From NCBI GenBank assembly GCA_964403795.1, contig CAYOHP010000017.1, positions 1,821-65,820 of the forward strand: DNA of 64,000 nucleotides, given 5' to 3'. The position numbers and the translations under genes are program-made. The notes beneath the pieces were generated by a model. That model had not been told where the DNA came from. It searched no databases and was given only the letters and a program-made list of their open reading frames with translations. The stretch comes from an uncultured bacterium. GTDB lineage: Bacteria > Muiribacteriota > UBA6191 > CAZXTJ01 > CAYOHP01. How positions within the stretch are numbered: position 1 is the first letter of the stretch; each line of letters opens with the position of its first letter. Below are positions 1 through 9,066 of the stretch, one piece after another.

Positions 1-1433
1 AGGTCGACCAGCCGGAGCCGGTCGATCTCGACCGGGCGCGGCTCCGAGACCGTGCCGTCGGGGAGTCGGAAACGGAACTCGACCCGGGATCCCGGTGCGA
101 ACCCGTCCGCCTCGACCCTGTGGGTGCGGGTCGGCCGGTCGGAGGCCGCGGCCACTTCCCGCCATTCCCCCCCGCCCGGCTCCCTCACCTCGATGCGACC
201 GATCGAGCGGGCCGTGGTCGTCCACTCGACCGCGAAGCCTGCCAGCCCAGGGACCACCCGGATCTCCTGGGGCACCGAGTTCCCGAAGCCCGGCATGAAG
301 AAGCCGGCGGCCACCAGCACCGCCAGCCCCAGGGCGATCAGCGGCGCCCGCCAGGGACGACCATCCACGGTCTGCACCGGGATCGCCCCGGTCCGGAAGC
401 CTGCCCCCGAGGCGGTGACCGAGCCGGGCCCGGGGAGCCGGCGCGGCTCGCTGGCCCCCAGGGGCCGCGGCGACGGGGTCGCGGCCCTGGCGGGATCGGT
501 CCGGGACCCCATCGGGCCGACCGGTGCCGTGGTCTCGGCCCCGGAACCCGGCCCGGGTGCGCTGCCGGTGGAGCGGGCCACCGGCTGGCCCCGGCGGATC
601 CTCTCCAGGTCCCGCACCAGGTCGGCCGCCCGGGGATAGCGTGCCTCCGGCTCGGTGGCCAGCAGGTTCCCGAGGGTGGCGGCCCAGGCGGGCGGGAGGC
701 CGGGGACCGCATCCTCGATGGGCGGGAAATCCCCGGAGAGGCAACGGGTGGCCACCTCCATGATGTCCTTGCCCCGCTGGGCCTGCTTCCCGGAGAGGGC
801 CTCGTAGAGGATAAGGCCCGTCTGGTAGAGGTCGGAGGCCGGTCCCACTTGGGAACCCCGCACCATCTCCGGCGACATGTAGAGCGGGGTCCCGACCAGG
901 GCCCCGGTGGCCGTCAGCTGGGTCCGGTTGGAGGCGAGTACCAGGCCGAAATCCATGAGGACCGGGTGGGGACCCGGCTTCACGATCACGTTCGAGGGCT
1001 TCAGGTCCCGGTGCACCAGGTCGCGGGTGTGGACGTAGTCGAGGGCCTTGGCGATCCCCAGACCGATCATGAGCGCCTCGGGGAGCGGGAGGGTGCGACC
1101 CCCCTCGAGCAGTTTCTCCAGGTCGGGATGGGCGAGGAAGTCCATGGCGTACCAGGGACGGTCCTCGTGGGTACCGTGTCCGTGCATCCTCACCACGTGG
1201 GGATGATCCAGATCCCGCATGATCTGGACTTCTCGCTCGAAGCGACGCAGGAACTCCGCCTGGGTCGCGACCTCGACCGGGAGGAACTTGACCGCTACCG
1301 GCTCGCCCCGGGCCTCGTCCAGGGCCAGGTAGACCGCCGCCATGCCGCCCTGGCCGACCTTCTTCTCGATCCGGAACCGCCCGGCCACCAGCTGGCCCGG
1401 CAGGGGATCTTGGGCGGCGGGTCCCTCCCGCAT
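1..1433 (-). CDS. Ser/Thr protein kinase (5'-partial; gene continues beyond window start)
   Basis: Minus-strand frame open to the window edge, so it is absent from the ORF track. Translation begins MREGPAAQDPLPGQLVAGRFRIEKKVGQGGMAAVYLA (glycine loop), with VAVK, HRDLKPSNVIV catalytic loop, DFGL, GTPLYMSPE. A TM helix and an extracytoplasmic C-terminal domain follow. Confidence 0.85.
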   Translation of the reverse strand, partial: MREGPAAQDPLPGQLVAGRFRIEKKVGQGGMAAVYLALDEARGEPVAVKFLPVEVATQAEFLRRFEREVQIMRDLDHPHVVRMHGHGTHEDRPWYAMDFLAHPDLEKLLEGGRTLPLPEALMIGLGIAKALDYVHTRDLVHRDLKPSNVIVKPGPHPVLMDFGLVLASNRTQLTATGALVGTPLYMSPEMVRGSQVGPASDLYQTGLILYEALSGKQAQRGKDIMEVATRCLSGDFPPIEDAVPGLPPAWAATLGNLLATEPEARYPRAADLVRDLERIRRGQPVARSTGSAPGPGSGAETTAPVGPMGSRTDPARAATPSPRPLGASEPRRLPGPGSVTASGAGFRTGAIPVQTVDGRPWRAPLIALGLAVLVAAGFFMPGFGNSVPQEIRVVPGLAGFAVEWTTTARSIGRIEVREPGGGEWREVAAASDRPTRTHRVEADGFAPGSRVEFRFRLPDGTVSEPRPVEIDRLRLVD

Positions 1434-1503
1434 GGGGTCCTCCTAGGCGCCTGGGCCAGGGTACCCCCTCGCTGCACCGGGCGCCGAGCCGGTCGAGGTC
1501 CGG

Positions 1504-2421
1504 TCAGGAACCAGGCTCGCCGGTCGCCGGGAGCCCGGACGGGACCGGCGGCTCGGAGGGCGCCGGGAGCTCGGAGGGATCGCAGAGGGTCACGAACAGG
1601 CGGGTACCCGAGACGGCCGCCACGGGCAGCACCAGGAACCCCATGAGCGGCACCATGCAGACCAGGTAGACGGCAGCCCCGAAGCCGAAGACCGCTCCCC
1701 TGCGACGCTGGAGCCAGGCCCGCCGCTGGGTCAGGCTCCAGCCGGCCCTGGACATCGGGAGGTCCAGGAACTCGGCGGCCAGGTACCAGATGGCGAAGTA
1801 GGAGTTGATCACGGTCACCGCCACGCCGCCGATCACCGGGACGATCAGGAGCGGCAGGGTCGCCACGAACAGGGTCGCCACCACCGTGAGCTTGAGGCAG
1901 GCCTGGACCACCGTGCGGGTGGCGTCCTCCATGAGCGCGCCCAGCGAGAACGGTCGCCCCAGGCTGCGCCCCAGTTCCAGGTTCTCGACCTTCTCGGAGA
2001 GGAGATCGAGGAAGGGGGCCGCGATCACGCTGCCGACCGCGGTGAAGGAGAGGGCCCCGACGACCGCCAACAGCAGGAGCGAGAGGAGCCAGACCAGCCA
2101 GCCCAGGAAGGGCCGGAGCACCGGTTCGACCCAGGACAACCACCAGGGGAAGGTGGTGGGCGTGAGCCAGCCGACCAGGACCGGCAGGACGTAGGCCACG
2201 GCCAGCCCGCCCAGGAACACGTAGAGCAACAGGTTCACGATCAGGGGTGCGGCCGCGAACGGCCACAGGTTGCGGTGCCCGAACAGGTACCAGGCGCCGG
2301 CAGGCAGGGCCGACAGACCGGTGGTGGCACTGGCGATCGCCCTCGCTCCCTTGACCACCACGCGTTCCTCCTGCGTCCCGAGGGCGAGCTCGCTCCCCTC
2401 ACCCATCGAATCCTCCCCCAT
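1504..2421 (-). CDS. EI24/CysZ-family integral membrane protein
   Basis: Multi-TM protein with the CysZ/EI24-like pattern (...AAPFLDLLSEKVENLELGR...). Start ambiguous (ATG at 2421 or 2406); the 5' end overlaps the TatD stop. Confidence 0.5.
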   Translation of the reverse strand: MGEDSMGEGSELALGTQEERVVVKGARAIASATTGLSALPAGAWYLFGHRNLWPFAAAPLIVNLLLYVFLGGLAVAYVLPVLVGWLTPTTFPWWLSWVEPVLRPFLGWLVWLLSLLLLAVVGALSFTAVGSVIAAPFLDLLSEKVENLELGRSLGRPFSLGALMEDATRTVVQACLKLTVVATLFVATLPLLIVPVIGGVAVTVINSYFAIWYLAAEFLDLPMSRAGWSLTQRRAWLQRRRGAVFGFGAAVYLVCMVPLMGFLVLPVAAVSGTRLFVTLCDPSELPAPSEPPVPSGLPATGEPGS

Positions 2422-3232
2422 GCCGGGCCGTGGCGTCGATCCCGAACCGCTCCAGGCCGAACAGGGAGATCGCGGTGCGGGTGGTGGCGAGGTCGACCTC
2501 CCGGGGGTCGAGGCCCTTGCACCGGGCGATCAGGTCGCGGGAGAGCCCGAGGTTCGCGGGCTCGTTGCGCTCGCCCCGGACCGGTCCGAGCACCGGGGCA
2601 TCGGTCTCCAGCAACAGTGCCTCCAGGGGGAGACGCTCGATCAGGCGGGCCGCCTGCTCCGAGCGGATCGAGGAAGGCGTGATCGAGAAGCGGTAGCCGT
2701 GGCGCTCCCAGGCCTCGGTGGCGAGCGAGACCTTGCCGTCGAAGGCGTGCATGAGGACCCGTTCGGCTCCGGCCCCGGCCAGCACCTCCAGGGTCCGGCG
2801 GGCCGCCCCCCGGGAGTGGACGTTCAGGGCCAGGCCGAGCTCCCGGGACAGGGCCGCGAACCCGGCGAGGACCTCCTCCTGGCGGGTCCGGCGCTCCGGA
2901 TCCTTGGTGTACCAGTGGTCGAGCCCCACTTCGCCGATCGCCGCCAGACCCGGGGCGGAGGCCCGGATCCGCTCGAAAACCGCCTCGAGATCGCCCCGGG
3001 GGGGCAGAGGCAGCGAGTCGGCGAGGCGGTCGGGGTGGTATCCGAAACAGGGGAGGAGGCGAGGCCAGCGCTCGTCCCGGAGCCCGGCGAGCGATCCGAC
3101 CCGATCGTCGTCACCGGCATCCTCGCCGACCACCAGGATGGCAGCCACTCCGGCCTCCCTGGCCCGGACCAGCACCTCGGTGCGGTCGACCTCGAAGGCC
3201 GGACCGTGGACGTGCGAATGGCAGTCGATCAT
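2399..3232 (-). CDS. tatD: TatD-family metal-dependent hydrolase (DNase)
   Basis: Internal start MIDCHSHVHGPAFEV (HxH motif). TatD-type TIM-barrel hydrolase signatures (GEVGLDHWY..., NVHSRGA..., ETDAPVL). The upstream part of the 349-aa ORF is low-complexity junk. Confidence 0.75.
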   Translation of the reverse strand: MIDCHSHVHGPAFEVDRTEVLVRAREAGVAAILVVGEDAGDDDRVGSLAGLRDERWPRLLPCFGYHPDRLADSLPLPPRGDLEAVFERIRASAPGLAAIGEVGLDHWYTKDPERRTRQEEVLAGFAALSRELGLALNVHSRGAARRTLEVLAGAGAERVLMHAFDGKVSLATEAWERHGYRFSITPSSIRSEQAARLIERLPLEALLLETDAPVLGPVRGERNEPANLGLSRDLIARCKGLDPREVDLATTRTAISLFGLERFGIDATARHGGGFDG

Positions 3233-3359
3233 CCCGGCCCAGGGTACCCCGGGCCATTCCCGGGCCTCCCGGGTGCGAGCGGGTCCATGGCACCCTGGGA
3301 GCGACCCGGAACGAGAGGCTCGAGTGTCCCGTCCCCCCCAGGATCCGTCGCCCCCGGCC

Positions 3360-4739
3360 ATGAGCGGGGCCCGGCTCGACGAACTCCTCGAGGACGAGGA
3401 CATGGAGACCTCCGTGACCCTGGTCCGGAAGTCGACGCCTCCGGCCACCGAGGCTCCGGTCCCGGCTCGCTCGCATCCCCCCGAACCGGCGACGCCCGTG
3501 GCGGAGGACCCGATTCCGACTCCGGTCCCGGCTCCGGCCCAGGCCGCCAGCCCGGAACCGACATCCGGATCCGCTCCCCTCCCGGAGCCCCCGAGCCCGG
3601 CTCCGCCTCCCGAGCCCGCGGCACCGCCGGCGCGGGGACCGATCCGCTCGCCGATCCCCGGCTACGAGGTCCTCGAGGAGCTGGGGCGGGGCGGCATGGC
3701 GATGGTCTTCCGGGCCCGTCAGACTTCGCTCGACCGGCAGGTAGCGCTGAAGGTGCTCTCCCCGCTGCTGGGGGAGGACGAACCCTTCGTCCGCCGATTC
3801 GAGCGGGAGGCGAAGATCCTGGCGGCCCTCGACCACAAGAACGTGGTCCGGGTCTTCGACCGGGGTCGCACCGGTGACCGCTGCTTCTATGCCATGGAAC
3901 TGGTCGACGGTCGGAGCCTGCGGGAGATCCTCGACTCGCGTCAGGGGCCGCTGCCCCCGGCCGAGGCCCTCGGCCTGATGCTGCAGCTCGCCGAGGCCCT
4001 GGCCTACGTCCACTCCCAAGGCGCGCTCCACCGGGACGTGAAGCCCGCCAACCTGCTGGTCACCGAGGACGGGATCGCCAAGCTCGCCGACTTCGGCCTG
4101 GTGGTCGATTCCGACCGGCTCCGCGACAACCTCACCCGCACCGGGGTCGGACTCGGCACCCTCGACTACATGCCGATCGAACAGCGGCAGGACGCCCGCT
4201 CGGTGGACCAGCGGGCCGACGTGTACGCCTTCGGGGTGACCCTGTACGAGACCCTGGTCGGCCACGTCCCTTCGATCGAGTACGCGGCCCCCAGCCGGAA
4301 GATCGAGGGCCTCGACCCGCGGCTCGACACCCTGCTGGACGGATGCCTGGCGATGCGTCCGGAGAACCGCCTGCCTTCGATGGAGCCGGTCCTCGCGGTG
4401 CTGCGGGACCTCGTCCGGTCGCCGGAGGCGGGCCGAGCGGCGCAGGGCAAGGAGCCCGAACCCACCCTGCACATTCCCCTGATCGAAGCCCAGGGAGGTC
4501 TCGAGGGGCCGGGCAAGGCTGGCAGCCTTCCCCCTGCCCGGAACCCGTCCTCACCGCCGGTCCGGCAGGCGGAGACGAAGCCCGCACCCGCGGCGCCTCG
4601 CGCCGAGAACCGGCTCCGCAAGGGGATCGACGAGCCCGCACCGGCAGTGCCTCGAGCATCCGGCAGCATCCAGGGATTGGCAGTGGCCCTGGTGTCGATC
4701 GTGTTGGCCCTGGTCGGGTTCCTGCTGGTCGGACGCTGA
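3360..4739 (+). CDS. Ser/Thr protein kinase, C-terminally membrane-anchored
   Basis: Internal ATG (MSGARLDELLED...) in frame with ORF 2718..4739. Kinase motifs GRGGMAMVFRA, ALKVL, HRDVKPANLLV, DFGL, then a Pro-rich linker and a single C-terminal TM helix (LAVALVSIVLALVGFLLVGR). Divergent from tatD. Confidence 0.8.
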   Translation: MSGARLDELLEDEDMETSVTLVRKSTPPATEAPVPARSHPPEPATPVAEDPIPTPVPAPAQAASPEPTSGSAPLPEPPSPAPPPEPAAPPARGPIRSPIPGYEVLEELGRGGMAMVFRARQTSLDRQVALKVLSPLLGEDEPFVRRFEREAKILAALDHKNVVRVFDRGRTGDRCFYAMELVDGRSLREILDSRQGPLPPAEALGLMLQLAEALAYVHSQGALHRDVKPANLLVTEDGIAKLADFGLVVDSDRLRDNLTRTGVGLGTLDYMPIEQRQDARSVDQRADVYAFGVTLYETLVGHVPSIEYAAPSRKIEGLDPRLDTLLDGCLAMRPENRLPSMEPVLAVLRDLVRSPEAGRAAQGKEPEPTLHIPLIEAQGGLEGPGKAGSLPPARNPSSPPVRQAETKPAPAAPRAENRLRKGIDEPAPAVPRASGSIQGLAVALVSIVLALVGFLLVGR

Positions 4740-4794
4740 GGCGGACCAGGAGGCCGATCGCGGCGACCGGGCGGAGCGCTCGTCCCGGCAGCGA

Positions 4795-6531
4795 CTACTT
4801 CAAGTAGGTGTCGAGGAACGTGATGGTGGCCGCCACCTCGTCCGCCATGAACTTCTCGTCGGGCTCGTGGGCGAGATCCGGGTAGATCTTGATGTCCACC
4901 GTGACCCCGGCGCCCTTCAGCTTGTCGCCGTAGGTCGTGCTCTGCTGGTAGGGGACCACCGGATCCTGCTGTCCGTGGCGGATCAGGTGCGGGGGATCGC
5001 CGCCGTCGACGTAGTCGAAGGGCGAGATGGCTCCCTGGCTCTGGAGGAACTGGGAGGCCAGGTCGGGGGGGAAGCCGCCGCCGCCCCGGTGCTCGGTGAA
5101 GGTGGCGAAGTTGGTCGGTCCGGCCCAGTCGACCACCGCCTGCACCGCAGGCGAGGTCCCGCTGCCGCCGCCCTCGCTGCCGAGCTTGCCCACGTTGCCG
5201 GTGGAGCCGACCGTGGCCGAGAGGTAGCCTCCGGCCGAGGCGCCCACCGCCGCGAACTTGGCGGCATCGAGGTTCCACTTGCCGGCGTTGTCCTTGAGCC
5301 AGCGCACCGCCTTGCGGGCGTCATAGGCAGCCTTGGCGATCTCGGCGACCTTCTCGATCGGGTTCGAGCCGCCCAGGGCGTCGCCGGCCAGCAGGTAGTA
5401 GTTGGCGCTGGCCAGGGCGTAGCCCTTTTCGAGCACCGGGAAGAAGGTCTTCACGTCCTTCTTGTCGCCCCGGTAGAAGCCGCCTCCGTGGAAGAACACG
5501 ATCACCGGGATGGGACCGGCCGGAGGGGTCGAGGGAAGGTAGAGGTCGAGGACCTGGCGGGCGTGGTCGGTGCCGTACTTGAGGTCGGCCCGATCGCCCA
5601 GGCTGGCGGCGGGATCGCTGGCCGGCGGGGTGGTCGGAGGCGGGGTGGTCCCGTCGGGGTTGGTCAGGTCCGGGACGTTCTCGCCACCGCCCGAGGGCGG
5701 GGGTGCATCGCCCTGGGGATCGCCCGATCCTGATCCGGTTCCCGGGGTGCCCTGCCCGTCGGTACCAGTACCGGTACCGGTACCGGTTCCCGTTCCGTCC
5801 CCCTCAGGCCTCGGATTGGAGGCAGAGCCCGGATCTCCAGCCCCTCCGCCCGAAGTCGATCCACCGTTGGCTCCGGCCGCGGCCGCGGCGGCCGCCTTGG
5901 CAGCCTCGTCGGCCGCTCGCTGGGCCGCCTGGACCCGCTCGACCTCCTGGGCCGCGATCGTGGAGGCGGAGCCGGGATCGCCCGCCACCAGCAGGCCCGC
6001 CTCGGCACCGTGGGCGACCATGTAGGCGATGGCGGACGCCGGGACCGAGTCGGCCCGGCTCGAACGCACCATCTGGGTGCCGGGTTCGAGGCTGACGACG
6101 TGACCCGAGTCGTCCCACTGCGTCCCCCGGGACGCTTCCTCGGCCTTCCAGGCATCCCAGAGGGCCCGGAGCGGTCCGGTCACGGCCGCCCAGTTGGAGG
6201 CATCGTGGACCGGTCGGACCGTGGTCCCCGGATCCGCCGAGCCCGGGGTGGTGGAACCCGGGCCCGGTCCCGAGGCGGGGACGGAGGAGGTCGGCTGGGG
6301 TGACGCCACCGGTGACGGGGTCGGGGAAGGCGTGGGGGCCACCGTGGTGGGCGTGGAGGACGTGGGGGCGCCGCCGCTCGACTCGGGCGAAGGGGTGGGA
6401 TTGGGCGTCTGGGCCCAGAGGGAGGCGCCAGGCAGCGCCAGGAGCAGGATTCCGAGCCCCAGGAGCCCGGGGAGTCCCGGGATGAAACCGCTCGCGCCGC
6501 GACCGTTCATGACCCTCCGACCGCTCTCCAC
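4795..6531 (-). CDS. Secreted alpha/beta-hydrolase (fold-3 esterase/lipase-like) with Pro/Thr/Ser-rich linker
   Basis: Signal peptide (GFIPGLPGLLGLGILLLALPGASLWAQ). Long PT/S-rich low-complexity region including a (GT)n repeat. C-terminal catalytic domain with HGGGF oxyanion motif, GASAGG (GxSxG) nucleophile, and later Asp/His. Confidence 0.75.
   Translation of the reverse strand: MESGRRVMNGRGASGFIPGLPGLLGLGILLLALPGASLWAQTPNPTPSPESSGGAPTSSTPTTVAPTPSPTPSPVASPQPTSSVPASGPGPGSTTPGSADPGTTVRPVHDASNWAAVTGPLRALWDAWKAEEASRGTQWDDSGHVVSLEPGTQMVRSSRADSVPASAIAYMVAHGAEAGLLVAGDPGSASTIAAQEVERVQAAQRAADEAAKAAAAAAAGANGGSTSGGGAGDPGSASNPRPEGDGTGTGTGTGTGTDGQGTPGTGSGSGDPQGDAPPPSGGGENVPDLTNPDGTTPPPTTPPASDPAASLGDRADLKYGTDHARQVLDLYLPSTPPAGPIPVIVFFHGGGFYRGDKKDVKTFFPVLEKGYALASANYYLLAGDALGGSNPIEKVAEIAKAAYDARKAVRWLKDNAGKWNLDAAKFAAVGASAGGYLSATVGSTGNVGKLGSEGGGSGTSPAVQAVVDWAGPTNFATFTEHRGGGGFPPDLASQFLQSQGAISPFDYVDGGDPPHLIRHGQQDPVVPYQQSTTYGDKLKGAGVTVDIKIYPDLAHEPDEKFMADEVAATITFLDTYLK
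5761..5790. repeat. Imperfect (GGTACC)5 hexanucleotide microsatellite inside the esterase linker (encodes GTGTGTGTGT)
   Basis: ggtaccagtaccggtaccggtaccggttcc. Contains three KpnI/Acc65I sites. Confidence 0.7.
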
Positions 6532-6571
6532 ATGGTAAGGACGTCGGATCGGGACGGAAGGATAGATCGCT

Positions 6572-7072
6572 TCAGACCAGGACCTTCAGATAGGTCACCT
6601 TGCCGTCCCCCGGCGCATAGTAGTCGACCAGGTGGGCTGCCTCGGAGTAACCGGCCCGGAGATAGAACTGGCGGGTGGAGAGGTACTGGGGTCGACCCGC
6701 GGTGTCGGCGTAGAGGCGGGTTCCTCCCCGGCGCCGGACGTCCTCCTCGACCGCCGCCACGATCCGCTTGCCGAGGCCGGTACCCCGCCGCGAGTCGTCG
6801 ACCACGATCCAGTAGAGGTCCCAGCTCGACTGCGTGGCCGGGACGGGGCCATAGCAGGCATAGCCGACGGTTCCGGTCTCGTCCTCCGCCATCAGGAACC
6901 AGTAGCCGCTCGCCTCCTCCCCGGTGCGCAACGCGGTCTCGGCCAGCTCCAGCGCGATCCCGACCTCCTCGGGGGAGAAGTAGCCGCTCGACTCGACCAG
7001 CCGGCGCAGCGGTCCCAGGTCCCGGGTCTCGACACCTCTCCGGATCCTCAGCTCGCCGGGCACGTCCGCCAT
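6572..7072 (-). CDS. GNAT-family N-acetyltransferase (candidate beta-lysine acetyltransferase)
   Basis: Internal start MADVPGELRIRRG. GNAT core (YWIVVDDSRRGTGLGKRIVAAVEED...LYADTAG). Last gene of the kamA-ddl-ddl operon. The upstream part of the 368-aa ORF is out-of-frame overlap junk. Confidence 0.7.
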   Translation of the reverse strand: MADVPGELRIRRGVETRDLGPLRRLVESSGYFSPEEVGIALELAETALRTGEEASGYWFLMAEDETGTVGYACYGPVPATQSSWDLYWIVVDDSRRGTGLGKRIVAAVEEDVRRRGGTRLYADTAGRPQYLSTRQFYLRAGYSEAAHLVDYYAPGDGKVTYLKVLV

Positions 7073-8043
7073 CCTTCCGCGGCTCCGCCCGGAGCGGTCG
7101 CCGCCTCCACGATCCGACCCACCGCATCCCGGTACGGGATTCCCGCCCTCTCCAGGGCCGCCGCGAACCCGGCATCGGGGGAGAGACAGGGGTTGGTGTT
7201 CAGTTCCAGCACCCACGGGTTCCCCGCCTCGTCCACCCGGAAGTCGACCCGCACGTAGCCGCCCGCCCCGAAGGCCGTCCAGGTCTTCCGGGCCAGCTCG
7301 GCCACCCGGACCAGGAGGGGATGGTCCGCCGACTCCCGGGGAGGCACCCGACAGGTCCGCTGGTACTCGGGGCTGTCCGGATCCCACTTGGCCTTGTAGT
7401 CGACGATCCGGGGTTCTCCCGGTGCGAAGTCCTCGAAGGCGATCTCGGCGATCGGGAGGACCTCGGGACCGGCCGGACCCGCCAACACCGCCACGTTGAA
7501 CTCCCGCCCCTCGATATAGGCCTCGGCCAGGAACTCGCCCCCGAACCGCGCCTCCCGATCGGCCAGGGTCCCCGGCACGTCCCCGGCCTCGACCACCGAC
7601 CCGGCGTCGAGCCCGATCGAGGCATGCTCCCAGACCGATTTCACGATGAAGCGGCCGTCCCGGGTCCCCGGCGTCCACGGCCTGGGGGTCGGGATCCCGG
7701 AGGCCTGCATCCAGCGCTTCGCCAGGCGCTTGTTGGCGGAGAGGAAGGTGGCCTCCGACCCGGAGCCGGTGAACGGCACCCCCAGGCTCTCGAGCACACC
7801 CGGGACCAGGTGGACCAGGGACCCCTTCCCGGAGAGCGACTCCACCAGGTTGAAGACCAGATCGGGTCGGTCCTCCCGCAGCCTGGCGGCGAGCGCTCCC
7901 AGGTCGAGGTCGCAGGGCAGGGCTTCGATCTCCCAGCCGGAGGCGGAGAGGGCTTCGCCCACCGCCTCCACCTGGTCGAGGACGTCGGCCTCGTCGGGGC
8001 TGGCGCCGGCGGCGATCGCCTGATGGGTCAGGAAGCAGCGCAT
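7048..8043 (-). CDS. D-alanine--D-alanine ligase-family ATP-grasp enzyme (paralog 2)
   Basis: Internal start MRCFLTHQ. ATP-grasp and Ddl-like C-terminus (EFNVAVL..., VLELNTNPCLSPDAGFAAALERAGIPY). Overlaps both neighbouring genes, which suggests translational coupling. Confidence 0.7.
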   Translation of the reverse strand: MRCFLTHQAIAAGASPDEADVLDQVEAVGEALSASGWEIEALPCDLDLGALAARLREDRPDLVFNLVESLSGKGSLVHLVPGVLESLGVPFTGSGSEATFLSANKRLAKRWMQASGIPTPRPWTPGTRDGRFIVKSVWEHASIGLDAGSVVEAGDVPGTLADREARFGGEFLAEAYIEGREFNVAVLAGPAGPEVLPIAEIAFEDFAPGEPRIVDYKAKWDPDSPEYQRTCRVPPRESADHPLLVRVAELARKTWTAFGAGGYVRVDFRVDEAGNPWVLELNTNPCLSPDAGFAAALERAGIPYRDAVGRIVEAATAPGGAAEGWRTCPAS

Positions 8044-9041
8044 GCCGAGGTCCGGCACGACCCGTGGGAGCGGACCCTCCGGGCCGCGCTCTCGACGATG
8101 CGACGGATCAGCTCCGGGTACTCCATCCCGGCCAGCCGGGCCAGGATCGAGAGGTCGCTGATGGTGGGGTTCAGCCCTGCCAGGGGATTGGCCTCGATGA
8201 ACGAGGGCTGCCCCCGGTCGTCGCTGCGGACGTCGACCCTGCCCCCGTCCCGGCAGTCGAGCAGGCGGTAGCTCCGCAGCGCCACGTCGGCGGCCTCCAT
8301 GGCCTCGGCGTCGCGGGCCAGCTTGTACTCGACCCGACCCTCGAAGCTCTGCTTGTTCTCGTAGGTATAGCCCTCGGCTTCCGCCTTGCCGGTGAGGGAC
8401 ACCTCGAGGACTCCCACCACCTCGGCCCGGTCGCCGGTGCCGACGATCCCGACCGTGAACTCGCGCCCGGGCAGATAGCGCTCCACCAGCACCGGCTGGC
8501 GGTAGGTGGCGAGGAGATCCTGGACCACCGGCGCCAGGCCGCTCCTCTCCTTGATCAGGGACCGGGCCGAGACCCCCCGGCTGGTCCCCTCGGCCACCGG
8601 CTTCACGAACAGCGGACACGGGAGGTCGATCCGGGCCAGGTCCTCCATGCGGGCGACCAGGCCGAAGGCCGCGGTCGGCACTCCCCCGGCCGCCACCACA
8701 TGCTTGGCGAGCCGCTTGTCGAGGCAGATCGCCAGGGCCAGGGGGTCGGCGAAGGTGTAGGGGATCTCGTAGACGTCGAGGATCGCCGGCACCTGGGACT
8801 CCCGGGCCGCGCCCTCGAGTCCTTCGGCGATGTTGAAGACGAGGTCCCAGCGCTCGCCGGCGGCCAGCCGGGAGACGAGCGCCGGAGCCCGCCCGATCCG
8901 CACCACCTCATGGCCGAGCGACTCGAGAGCCCCGGCGATCCCGTCGATGGTGTCCTCGCGGTCGAACTCGGCGATCCGCTCCTCGTCGAACCCGAGCGCC
9001 CGGTACTCGCTCTTCAGGTCGTAGGTGAACCCGATCCGCAT
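8028..9041 (-). CDS. D-alanine--D-alanine ligase-family ATP-grasp enzyme (paralog 1)
   Basis: 337 aa. MRIGFTYDLKSEY N-terminus. ATP-grasp motifs (NKRLAKHVVAAGGVPTAAF, EFTVGIVGTG, FIEANPLAGLNPTISDLSILARLAGMEYPELI). Confidence 0.75.
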   Translation of the reverse strand: MRIGFTYDLKSEYRALGFDEERIAEFDREDTIDGIAGALESLGHEVVRIGRAPALVSRLAAGERWDLVFNIAEGLEGAARESQVPAILDVYEIPYTFADPLALAICLDKRLAKHVVAAGGVPTAAFGLVARMEDLARIDLPCPLFVKPVAEGTSRGVSARSLIKERSGLAPVVQDLLATYRQPVLVERYLPGREFTVGIVGTGDRAEVVGVLEVSLTGKAEAEGYTYENKQSFEGRVEYKLARDAEAMEAADVALRSYRLLDCRDGGRVDVRSDDRGQPSFIEANPLAGLNPTISDLSILARLAGMEYPELIRRIVESAARRVRSHGSCRTSACAAS

Positions 9042-9066
9042 GGCAGGCCTCCCGATGGGGTCCGGA

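Noticed and set aside
3280-3300. TGGCACCCTGGGAGC in the tatD / kinase divergent region as a sigma-54 promoter
   Set aside because: The -12 element is GAGC rather than TTGC. Weak match only.
4740-4794. Possible intrinsic terminator between convergent kinase and esterase genes
   Set aside because: Only a short 5-bp GC stem (CCGGG...CCCGG) with a long loop and no T-tract. High-GC organisms often lack canonical terminators. Not supported.
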